Positions 7,623-15,588 of a DNA stretch of 32,265 bases are shown here, piece after piece (within the stretch, counting starts at the first letter, position 1; every line of letters begins with the position of its first letter). Under the pieces are notes generated by a model. That model made no database searches. It was not told where the DNA came from and worked only from the letters and a program-made list of their open reading frames with translations. The stretch is from an uncultured Dehalococcoidia bacterium (GTDB lineage Bacteria > Chloroflexota > Dehalococcoidia > Lucifugimonadales > UBA826): NCBI GenBank assembly GCA_964462705.1, contig CAYWYV010000003.1, positions 3,588 to 35,852 of the forward strand, given 5' to 3'. The translations under genes and the position numbers were made by a program.

Positions 7623-8915
7623 ATGGGACGCCGTAAACTCGGTTTGGAAGTTAATAGGCCTGGCAGGACTCCGGGAGATCCAGATATATCCATACCAGTC
7701 GCACAGGACCTTCTTAAGGTAAAAGGGGTCCCTATTCGGGATCCGGAGGTTTCTTATTACAGCAGGGAATTTCCTCTTGAAAGCTATTCCCTGACTGAAA
7801 GCGCCTCTGCTGCATGGGCTGAGAAGGAAAGAGAGAAGGTTAGTCCAGAGATATCCAAACTTTATTCGGATTATCAGAAAAAAATACTTCCGTGGGTCGA
7901 TAGATTAGCGGATATTTCAAAACGTTCACCTTCATTGAGTTCCGATTGCACGGATATTTCCAATGCTGTGAGAGCTAAGGCCAGAGAATTGGGATATGGA
8001 GAGGTAGGGTTTGTTCGATTCGACAAAAGATACATTTACAGCAGTAGGCGGTCTCATGTTAGACAGGATCTACCTAATGCAATATGCCTTGCTGTAGAGC
8101 AAGACTACGTTAAGACTCAGGAAATACCTGGTATGACCGCAGAAGAGGCTCAAGGGGATGCCTATTTAAAACAGGCAGAGCTATCAATCATGCTGGCAGA
8201 ATATTTGCTCCAAAGTGGATATAGCGCCCAAATATCTGGGCCAGTATGGCATTTTGGACCTGTGATCCCCATGTTTGTGCAGGCGGGTTTAGGGCAACTT
8301 GGAGTTAACGGGCAACTATTATCTCCCCACTTTGGGTCTAGGGCGCGCCTACAGGTCCTCATAACTGATGCTCCTCTCACCTATGACTCGCCGGTTGATT
8401 ATGGGATATATAAGCTGTGCGAAACATGCCAGATTTGCTTTATGCGATGCCCGGGTAAGGCTATCCAGGCTCAAAGAGTCTGGTTTAGGGGAGTTGAGAA
8501 AAACAAACTAATAACCCGAAGGTGTCGTCCAGTTATGACGAGATTTTCTGGATGTGGAATATGCATAAAAGTCTGCCCAGTTCAAAAATATGGAATGGCT
8601 CCCGTTATGGAGCATTACCTGGAAACAGGAGAAATATTGGGAAAGGGCAGTGACGACTTGGAGGCGTTTGAACTTCAAGGTAAAGGATATTATCCATCAG
8701 GGAAACTTCCATCGTTTGATAGGGAATTTTTTGATATGCCTGAAGGGACTCAACAGGATCTTGCTTTGGATGAATTAAACACTCAATTGAGCGTTTCTGA
8801 AGATCTTACAGTGACTCAAAAAGAAGAAATATGGTCTCGTTTTCAGGAAAGAGTTGAAGCAGGAGCTTCCAAAGAACGGCGGATAGTTGATATGGGAATG
8901 GATATAGATGTATAA
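7623..8915 (+). CDS. Reductive dehalogenase-like / QueG-superfamily cobalamin-dependent 2x[4Fe-4S] protein
   Basis: KARELGYGEVG, AGLGQLGVNGQLLSPHFGSRARLQVLITDAPL, CETCQICFMRCP and C-x9-CGICIKVCP. Confidence 0.78.
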   Translation: MGRRKLGLEVNRPGRTPGDPDISIPVAQDLLKVKGVPIRDPEVSYYSREFPLESYSLTESASAAWAEKEREKVSPEISKLYSDYQKKILPWVDRLADISKRSPSLSSDCTDISNAVRAKARELGYGEVGFVRFDKRYIYSSRRSHVRQDLPNAICLAVEQDYVKTQEIPGMTAEEAQGDAYLKQAELSIMLAEYLLQSGYSAQISGPVWHFGPVIPMFVQAGLGQLGVNGQLLSPHFGSRARLQVLITDAPLTYDSPVDYGIYKLCETCQICFMRCPGKAIQAQRVWFRGVEKNKLITRRCRPVMTRFSGCGICIKVCPVQKYGMAPVMEHYLETGEILGKGSDDLEAFELQGKGYYPSGKLPSFDREFFDMPEGTQQDLALDELNTQLSVSEDLTVTQKEEIWSRFQERVEAGASKERRIVDMGMDIDV

Positions 8916-8952
8916 AATTGCCTAATCCCTTACATCACGATTGCAAAGTGGA

Positions 8953-8981
8953 TTGACCACAAATCGATGGTGTGTTAATTT
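8953..8981 (+). promoter_or_regulatory. Putative sigma70 promoter for the Rdx selenoprotein gene
   Basis: TTGACC (8953-8958)-N17-TAATTT (8976-8981) with extended -10 TG. Confidence 0.5.
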
Positions 8982-9014
8982 TCGGGTATTACTATTCAGA
9001 GTAAGGAGAGTTAT

Positions 9015-9290
9015 ATGGCTGGAGAAGGAAAGTTTGAGGTAGAGATTATCTATTGCGTCCCTTGAGCGCATCATGGTACGGCGGCCTGGATGGCCAACGA
9101 GTTTTTCGCAGAGGGTGGCAAAGATATAGCTATTAAGATAACCCCTGGTACGGGTGGAATCTTGCAAGTATTTGCCGATGGCGACAAGATATATGACAAG
9201 GCTGAAGAGGATGGACAGTTCCCTAATTTGCCCAGAGTAAAAGAGCTTAGGGCTGTTATAAGGGAAAAATTAGAGGCAGTGCCAGTCTAG
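9015..9290 (+). CDS. SelW/SelT/SelH (Rdx) family selenoprotein, 91 aa, UGA at codon 17 read as Sec
   Basis: SD AAGGAG then ATG 9015. Translation MAGEGKFEVEIIYCVP-U(TGA 9063-9065)-AHHGTAAWMANEF... continues in frame into the 9090-9290 ORF (PGTGGILQVFADGDKIYDK...FP), giving the Rdx fold with CxxU. Confidence 0.88.
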
Positions 9291-9321
9291 GCTTTTACTT
9301 GGTAAGAGTGAGATCTGAATT

Positions 9322-9357
9322 AAAAGGCCCCCGGGTTGCAGACCCGGGGGCCTTTTT
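9322..9357 (+). terminator. Intrinsic (potentially bidirectional) terminator
   Basis: AAAAGGCCCCCGGGT-TGCAG-ACCCGGGGGCCTTTTT: perfect GC-rich stem with U tail and A lead. Confidence 0.92.
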
Positions 9358-9390
9358 CCAACCCTTTTGTAATTCACCATTTGTAATATT

Positions 9391-9729
9391 ATGCAGCAGT
9401 TTGGGCAAAACAAAACGCCTTATTGGTTAGTATTTATAGCGGTGGTATTAGCAGGATTTTCATTCTCCCTGTTTTCAAATGGGAGATATATATGGGCTCT
9501 AACGCCGGCGTTTGTTTCAGTCATATTAGTGGGGATACTTTTTCTTCAATCTCTGAATAGTTCGAGAGTCCGCGGTACACTTTCTTTCCTGACTATTCTC
9601 CTAGCCGTTGTCTCGTATTTGTTATTTTCATATTGGGGATATATTTGGGCTGTAACTCCGGCCGTTGTGTCCGTAATTCTATTTATCATATCGGTGCGAA
9701 ACACAGAACCGATCAATTTATATGATTGA
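9391..9729 (+). CDS. Hypothetical 4-TM membrane protein with internal duplication
   Basis: Four hydrophobic segments; YIWALTPAFVSVIL and YIWAVTPAVVSVIL repeat 51 aa apart; overlaps the next gene by 8 nt. Confidence 0.7.
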   Translation: MQQFGQNKTPYWLVFIAVVLAGFSFSLFSNGRYIWALTPAFVSVILVGILFLQSLNSSRVRGTLSFLTILLAVVSYLLFSYWGYIWAVTPAVVSVILFIISVRNTEPINLYD

Positions 9730-10468
9730 TATATTGCCCGAAATCATAATAACTGTTTTGGCTTTACTATTCGGGTCGTTTGTATTGAGCTCTGCGGGAT
9801 TCGGAATTGCGTTAGCGGCGTCTCCCTTAATGTTGATTATATTAGATCCAAAGACCACCGTCGTAGTTATTAACACTGTTTCACTCGCAGTATTCGTTTT
9901 CATGATTGTTCAGAATAGGTGCCAAGTTCGATTCAGAGAAATGACCGTTCCAATAATTTGTGGAATGTTAGGCGTGCCGTTTGGGTTGTTGATTCTTGAC
10001 TTCATGTCTTCCACCCTATTGGGTATTTTTATATCTGTATCGATTATAGGGTTGGGGATTTATGTTGGGTTTTATCGGTCCCACACTTTTATAAGCAACC
10101 CATCTTCATTTAACGTGATTTCCTTTGTTGTTGGAGCGCTGCTGACATCTACTGGAATAGGTGGCCCATTGATGGCTATTGCAGCTGTGTCGAGGAATTG
10201 GGAGCGTGATTCTTTACGAGGTTCATTACCTCTCTATTATCTTGTAGTTGAAGGAACTGCGGTTTCCGGATATATATTTTCAGGGATGTTTACTAAAGAA
10301 GCAGCAGTGTTGACTATCTTTGGAATATTCCCTGCTTTTGTTGGATTTGTTTTGGCTACTATAGTCGTTAAAAAAGTTGAAGAGGCTCAGTTCAGGACGT
10401 ATCTATTGGCAGTTATAATTAGTGCTGGAGGGATCTCCTTAGCTAAGGAGATAAGCACCTTATTTTGA
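9722..10468 (+). CDS. TauE/SafE (TSUP) family permease
   Basis: 248 aa, ~8 TM, with AGFGIAL..P, GVPFG and TGIGGP motifs. Confidence 0.82.
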   Translation: MIDILPEIIITVLALLFGSFVLSSAGFGIALAASPLMLIILDPKTTVVVINTVSLAVFVFMIVQNRCQVRFREMTVPIICGMLGVPFGLLILDFMSSTLLGIFISVSIIGLGIYVGFYRSHTFISNPSSFNVISFVVGALLTSTGIGGPLMAIAAVSRNWERDSLRGSLPLYYLVVEGTAVSGYIFSGMFTKEAAVLTIFGIFPAFVGFVLATIVVKKVEEAQFRTYLLAVIISAGGISLAKEISTLF

Positions 10469-10723
10469 GATATATCAAAATAAGTAGAGGAAGCATGCAA
10501 AAAATTAAAGTCGCGCTTTTCGCTATGGATCGACTTTTTGCAACTAGGTGCCCGATTAGGAAAAGACTTCCTGAGTATGGATCTGTATCAGACCAATAGT
10601 AGGATATATTCTTCAAGGTTGAATTGCATACTTCTAAGATCGACAATATAACCATTACAGGTTGGAGATTTTTAAATAATGGAGGTTTTGTCCAAACAAA
10701 TCCTTCCGAATATTGAGGTAAGA

Positions 10724-12460
10724 ATGGGAGAAGATGAACTAGAGGACCTTAGACATCGTATAAGACATTCTGCAGCACATGTTATGGCTGATGTGGTGAC
10801 AGATATGTATCCAGATACAAAATTGGCCATCGGTCCGCCTACGGAAGACGGGTTCTACTATGATTTTTTAGTAGAAGATCCTTTATCTGACGATGATCTT
10901 CAAAAGATAGAACGTCAGATGAAAAAAACGATTGCAAGAAATTTATCCTTTGAATATTCTGAATATTCTCTAGAAGAAATCCTTGCTATGAATGCTGATG
11001 AACCTCTGAAATTAGAAGTTATCGCGGAAATACCTGAAGGGGAAATTATTAGTACATACAGTCATGGTTCTTTCGAAGACTTATGTGCCGGTCCACACGT
11101 TTCATCTACGGGAGAGATTCCCGCATTCAAACTCTTAAATGTTGCAGGTGCGTACTGGAGAGGGGATGAGAATCGTCCCATGTTGCAGCGTATATATGGA
11201 ACAGCCTGGGAAAGCCAGGAAGCATTGGATGAGCATATTGAGAGGTTGAATGAGGCCCGAAAACGTGACCATAGGACCCTTGGCCGAGAGTTAGACCTTT
11301 ATTCCATTCATGAGGAAACTGGTCCTGGACTAATTATATGGCATCCTAAAGGAGCTCGAGTAAGATCTATATTTGAGGATTTCTGGAAGAGTGAACATTA
11401 CCGTAGAGGATATGATCTTGTTTATACTCCGAATATTGGTAGAGCCAATTTATGGCAGACAAGCGGTCATCTAGATTTCTTTAACGAGAATATGTTTGCT
11501 CCTTCTGAAACGGATGGGCAAGACTATTACCTTAAGCCCATGAATTGTCCGTTCCACATAATGTATTACAAGTCAGATTTGAGAAGTTATCGTCAGCTTC
11601 CAATGAGGGTTGGTGAACTCGGTACGGTGTATAGATATGAGAGAGGTGGAACTTTACACGGCATGTTGAGGGTCCGTGGATTGACTCAGGATGATGCTCA
11701 CATATTTTGTACTTCGGATCAGATAGAGGCTGAAATAGACGGTGTTTTGGATCTCACATTTGATCTACTTGGAGCATTTGGATTTGAGGATTTTGCACTG
11801 AGTCTTTCCACACGGCCGGAAAAAGCAGTTGGCTCAGACGATCAATGGGATTTAGCTGAAAAATCACTCAAGAACACTCTGGATGCTCGTGGTTTGGAGT
11901 TTGAAGTAGAGGAGGGAGGAGGAGCGTTCTATGGACCCAAGATCGATATACATATCAGGGACGCTATTGGTAGGTCATGGCAATGTACAACCGTTCAGTT
12001 TGACTTTAATTTACCGCAACGCTTTGGGCTCTCATACATTGGTGAGGATGGTGCAGAACATCAGCCTTTCATGGTGCACCGAGCCATATTCGGTTCACTA
12101 GAGAGGTTTATGGGAATTCTAATTGAGCATTATGGGGGGGCATTTCCTGTGTGGCTTGCTCCAGTCCAGGCGACAATAATTCCTATTTCTGATCGACATT
12201 TAGAATATGCTCAATTGGTGAAGGATAAATTGTCAGATGTTGGGATACGTGTAGAGACAAATGATGGAAATGAGAGGATGAATGCTAAAATTAGAGAAGC
12301 GCAGCTTCAAAAAATCCCCTATATGCTTATCGTTGGTGATAGAGAAGTAGAAGCTGAAGCGGTTGGAGTGCGCTTAAGATCTGGTGAGGATCTGGGCGCC
12401 CTATCCCTCCCGGACATTACTAATAGAATACATAGCGAGTCTGCAAATAGGGTTCTCTAA
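10724..12460 (+). CDS. thrS: Threonyl-tRNA synthetase (short form lacking TGS domain)
   Basis: RHSAAH, DLCAGPH, RDHR, KPMNCPFH, AFYGPKID, HRAIFGSLERF. Start is ATG 10724 (GAGGT SD) or 10679. Confidence 0.97.
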   Translation: MGEDELEDLRHRIRHSAAHVMADVVTDMYPDTKLAIGPPTEDGFYYDFLVEDPLSDDDLQKIERQMKKTIARNLSFEYSEYSLEEILAMNADEPLKLEVIAEIPEGEIISTYSHGSFEDLCAGPHVSSTGEIPAFKLLNVAGAYWRGDENRPMLQRIYGTAWESQEALDEHIERLNEARKRDHRTLGRELDLYSIHEETGPGLIIWHPKGARVRSIFEDFWKSEHYRRGYDLVYTPNIGRANLWQTSGHLDFFNENMFAPSETDGQDYYLKPMNCPFHIMYYKSDLRSYRQLPMRVGELGTVYRYERGGTLHGMLRVRGLTQDDAHIFCTSDQIEAEIDGVLDLTFDLLGAFGFEDFALSLSTRPEKAVGSDDQWDLAEKSLKNTLDARGLEFEVEEGGGAFYGPKIDIHIRDAIGRSWQCTTVQFDFNLPQRFGLSYIGEDGAEHQPFMVHRAIFGSLERFMGILIEHYGGAFPVWLAPVQATIIPISDRHLEYAQLVKDKLSDVGIRVETNDGNERMNAKIREAQLQKIPYMLIVGDREVEAEAVGVRLRSGEDLGALSLPDITNRIHSESANRVL

Positions 12461-12480
12461 CAATGAAGATAAGAGATCTG

Positions 12481-12509
12481 TTGAAGTAGCTATTCCTGTG
12501 TGCTATATT
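12481..12509 (+). promoter_or_regulatory. Putative sigma70 promoter for infC-rpmI-rplT
   Basis: TTGAAG (12481-12486)-N17-TATATT (12504-12509) with extended -10 TG. Confidence 0.55.
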
Positions 12510-12567
12510 CAGTGTGGTCCAGTGACTAGGCTGGGCTTTTTATATTTAAGTAAATTGGAGAAAAACA

Positions 12568-13134
12568 ATACCAAAAAATTATAGGGTAAACGATCGTATT
12601 CGTGTCTCATCAGTGCTCCTCATCGATGATAAAGGAAACCAACTGGGTGAGATGCCCACTCCTGATGCATTGAATTTAGCAACTGAAAAAGGGTTAGATT
12701 TAGTGGAAGTAGCACCCGCTGCTAACCCTCCGGTTTGTAGACTGTTGAACTATGGGAAGTTTCGGTATGAAGCAACCAGAAAAGAGAGACAGTCAAGGAA
12801 ATTCAACAAAACTAAGACCACTAACCAACTTAGGGAAGTTCGCATGAAAACCAGGATAGGTGAACATGACCGACTTGCTAAAACCAGGATGGTTAAGAGA
12901 CTACTTTCACAAGGTTCTAAGGTGAAAGTGTCCGTTATGTTCAGAGGGAGAGAAATGCAACACCCTCAAATAGGTATGGGGCTTCTGAATAATGTTGCAG
13001 ATGACCTTCAGGAAGACGCCATGCTGGATAAAGCCCCAGGCTTTGAGGGCAGATCCCTCACCATGATTTTAGCGCCGAGCGTAGCCCTCAAGAAAGAAAT
13101 TTTGAATAAGGATAAAGAACGTGCCAAAGCTTAA
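12568..13134 (+). CDS. infC: Translation initiation factor IF-3, non-canonical ATA start
   Basis: SD GGAG 12557-12560, then ATA-CCA-AAA-AAT-TAT-AGG-GTA-AAC-GAT-CGT-ATT (xPKNYRVNDRIR) in frame with the 12613 ORF; LDLVEVAP, PPVCRLLNYGKF, FRGRE. Confidence 0.93.
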   Translation: MPKNYRVNDRIRVSSVLLIDDKGNQLGEMPTPDALNLATEKGLDLVEVAPAANPPVCRLLNYGKFRYEATRKERQSRKFNKTKTTNQLREVRMKTRIGEHDRLAKTRMVKRLLSQGSKVKVSVMFRGREMQHPQIGMGLLNNVADDLQEDAMLDKAPGFEGRSLTMILAPSVALKKEILNKDKERAKA

Positions 13135-13307
13135 AACCCATAAGGGAGCTAAGAAACGCTTTAAAGTCACTGGTTCGGATGAAGGGAATGAGTAGTCATC
13201 TTCGAAGGAAGAAGCCTAAAAAAGTAAAAAGACTTTATACCGCTAAGCTTCCCGTAAGTGAGGCTGATGTGCCAAGACTTAAGAGATTGTTACCATACAT
13301 TGATTAG
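13121..13307 (+). pseudogene. rpmI: 50S ribosomal protein L35, frameshifted (pseudogene or assembly error)
   Basis: GTG 13121 gives MPKLKTHKGAKKRFKVTGS then DEGNE* (TAG 13193). The +1 frame gives RMKGMSSHLRRKKPKKVKRL...LKRLLPYID* (13307). Confidence 0.88.
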
Positions 13308-13346
13308 AATCGTAGTAGATTTACAGCATTAGGACTAGGAGAGGAC

Positions 13347-13715
13347 GTGACCAGAGTAAAAACCGGCGTTACACGGCGCCGAAGGCATAAAAAGACTCTT
13401 GGAATGACAAAAGGTCATCAAGGGGTTAGACACAGGTTGTATAGACGAGCCCACGAGTCTCTTATACATGCAGGACAGTATTCTTTCGATCATCGTAAGA
13501 AGAAGAAAGGTGACATGAGGCGACTGTGGAATATAAGAATCAACGCTGGAGCTCGAGCTAATGGCGTTACATATAGTAAGCTTATGCATGGATTGAGGCT
13601 TGCTGGTATTGAGATAAATAGAAAAATGCTGGCTGAGCTAGCGGTTGCTGATGAAAGCGCCTTTACTGAAATCGTGACTCAAGCGCAGGCCTCATTAGAA
13701 GCGGAAGCTGCCTAA
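13347..13715 (+). CDS. rplT: 50S ribosomal protein L20
   Basis: MTRVKTG...RRLWNIRINA...INRKMLAELAV; canonical position after rpmI. Confidence 0.97.
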   Translation: MTRVKTGVTRRRRHKKTLGMTKGHQGVRHRLYRRAHESLIHAGQYSFDHRKKKKGDMRRLWNIRINAGARANGVTYSKLMHGLRLAGIEINRKMLAELAVADESAFTEIVTQAQASLEAEAA

Positions 13716-13731
13716 GTATCATAAATTTTGC

Positions 13732-13792
13732 TGATAAATGAAAGAAGCCAGGCTACTCAAAGGCTTGGCTTCTTTCATTTATCATTTTTTTT
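13732..13792 (+). terminator. Long intrinsic terminator ending the infC-rplT operon
   Basis: TGATAAATGAAAGAAGCCAGGC (13732-13753) / GCTTGGCTTCTTTCATTTATCA (13763-13784), followed by T8. Confidence 0.75.
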
Positions 13793-14403
13793 AAGTCGCC
13801 AGCGACTTCATTAGGGTCGATCGGACTTGTGTGAACTACTCGCGCTTTTCCTAGACGATCAAGTATGTACACTGGGGAAGTGTGCGTGACCTTATATTTC
13901 CGATTAAATGAGTTCTCCAGAGAATTCTTAGTTGATTGAGCTATTTGAGGGCTTACAAAGTAGGACATCCATATCGGCTTGACCAGTTCTTCTGGTCCGG
14001 TAATGTACGACCAGTTGTCTCCTAGGTCCCATTTCGAAATATAATTTTGCACGGCGGCCGGAGTATCACCGCTTGGATCTACTGTAACAATCACCACAAC
14101 AACGTCAGAAGGGTTTTCGAGTAGGTTAAGGGCCTTTTTAATAGACGACGTTACTATAGGGCAAACATCGGTACATTGTGTAAAAAGAAAAGTCAGTAAG
14201 GCAGCATTCCCATTGTGTTCTAGATTAGATACCTCCCGTCCCTTATGATCAAGGGCAGAGAACTCACTTGCCTCGTGGTTCGACAAAAAAGTTCCTTCAT
14301 ATTCGGATACTCTAGAGTTATTGCATCCGGAACATAACAGGACTATGAGTGAGCATATTAGCAGAAAAAAAATTCTGGCCAAACACTTGTGTGCAATTGG
14401 CAC
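13753..14403 (-). CDS. SCO1/SenC copper chaperone (lipoprotein)
   Basis: FTQCTDVCP (CxxxC), VTVDP..DT, conserved His in VTHTS, lipobox-like LCSGC. Confidence 0.9.
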   Translation of the reverse strand: MPIAHKCLARIFFLLICSLIVLLCSGCNNSRVSEYEGTFLSNHEASEFSALDHKGREVSNLEHNGNAALLTFLFTQCTDVCPIVTSSIKKALNLLENPSDVVVVIVTVDPSGDTPAAVQNYISKWDLGDNWSYITGPEELVKPIWMSYFVSPQIAQSTKNSLENSFNRKYKVTHTSPVYILDRLGKARVVHTSPIDPNEVAGDLKKMINERSQAFE

Positions 14404-14433
14404 AGTCGTTGACCTCTCTGTATGTTAAAAGGT

Positions 14434-14637
14434 CTATTTTTCGGTTCTTTTTTCCAAGATAAAAGCTATTACGGGAGTGAGGATAAGTAGGGCTAAACCA
14501 ATTACAATGACCCCGTAAGTTCCGAGATCCGTGTGGTGATGCACTTGATAAAATACGTATCCCAAAACAATCGAGAACGCTGCTATTACTATAAATGAAA
14601 TCACCGGAACTACGGCGGATAGAGCAACTTTATTCAA
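14434..14637 (-). CDS. Small 2-TM hypothetical protein within the oxidase cluster
   Basis: AGGAG SD, TTG start, two hydrophobic helices with VHHHTD loop; co-oriented with cta genes. Confidence 0.7.
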   Translation of the reverse strand: MNKVALSAVVPVISFIVIAAFSIVLGYVFYQVHHHTDLGTYGVIVIGLALLILTPVIAFILEKRTEK

Positions 14638-14686
14638 TTTCTTTATCTCCTGATAGCAATCTGCAATTTACAGTTAACATCCTACG

Positions 14687-15511
14687 TTAATTTATCCCCT
14701 TATTATACCCTTTTTTATCATTTTTGGAGCCCTCACTGAACCAACGTAAGAAAGCCGTTATTATTAGGCTAAGGAATAAGAAACCACTTCCCACTTTCAT
14801 GATTATTCCACCAAGTTGTTGGTCGACCAAAGCGCTAACCCCAAAAAATTTGGGAGTGTCCAAGTAATGATTATAAATGGGCTCGGGAGCAAATGTAACG
14901 ATGCCAAAGACAATGATCTGAGCCAATGACATTACAAATAAATAAATAATTTGTAGCGGGTAAGAGAGTCTAGGCACAGCGGCTGCATTGCTACATAACG
15001 GCCACCACATCACGAATGAAGCGATCATAAATAGCATATGCTCAAAAATGTGAACTGAGTGGTGTGTTACAGACAATCCATAGAGGATGGGGATGTGCCA
15101 AATCGAAAATATCACGTTGAAAATGACGATGGCTGATATTGGATGAAATAAAATTCTTGCTAATTTGCGAACGAGGTCTCGTTTAAATATTGGTGATATT
15201 AACCAATCAGGTATGCCCAGAATAAGTAGTGGGGGAGAGGCTAGAGTAAGTAATACGTGTTGCACCATGTGAGCACTGAACATGTAATCATCGCTCAAAG
15301 CGTGCAAGGGCGAAAGTAAAGCGATGAATATAACGAAGACGCCCGACGAAAATAGTAGTGTTTGACCTGGGTCTACCGTTTGTGACAGATTGAACTTTTT
15401 TCTTGCAGGTCCAATCCCAATTAAATATCCGGCTTGTAGGATAAATAATCCAATTAAAACGTCAGGGTGCCCATGCCAGTGAAGTAAGACGGAAGTCGCA
15501 AGATCACTCAT
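14687..15511 (-). CDS. ctaG: Cytochrome c oxidase caa3 assembly factor (Caa3_CtaG)
   Basis: FSAHMVQHVLL...PPLL, WHIP, EH, DQQLGGIIMK. Confidence 0.9.
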   Translation of the reverse strand: MSDLATSVLLHWHGHPDVLIGLFILQAGYLIGIGPARKKFNLSQTVDPGQTLLFSSGVFVIFIALLSPLHALSDDYMFSAHMVQHVLLTLASPPLLILGIPDWLISPIFKRDLVRKLARILFHPISAIVIFNVIFSIWHIPILYGLSVTHHSVHIFEHMLFMIASFVMWWPLCSNAAAVPRLSYPLQIIYLFVMSLAQIIVFGIVTFAPEPIYNHYLDTPKFFGVSALVDQQLGGIIMKVGSGFLFLSLIITAFLRWFSEGSKNDKKGYNKGIN

Positions 15512-15588
15512 TGGTTCTAGAAAGTATCCTTGTGATAGCTGCTTCCAATAAAACTAGATTTGCAGACGGGATGATTATTTCTGCGTTC

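Noticed and set aside
7623-7660. Twin-arginine signal in the RdhA-like protein (MGRRKLG)
   Set aside because: No FLK-like consensus and no following hydrophobic region.
9063-9065. Genome-wide UGA reassignment (Trp/Gly)
   Set aside because: TGA ends several conserved genes at their expected lengths, and Trp is encoded by TGG.
9334-9344. GGTTGCAG resembling part of the E. coli fdhF SECIS, as a possible 3'-UTR SECIS
   Set aside because: It is just the apex of a perfect terminator hairpin; a short match, ~270 nt from the UGA.
10724-10800. ThrS lacking the TGS domain as a sign of truncation
   Set aside because: Short ThrS forms are known; the editing, catalytic and anticodon-binding domains are intact.
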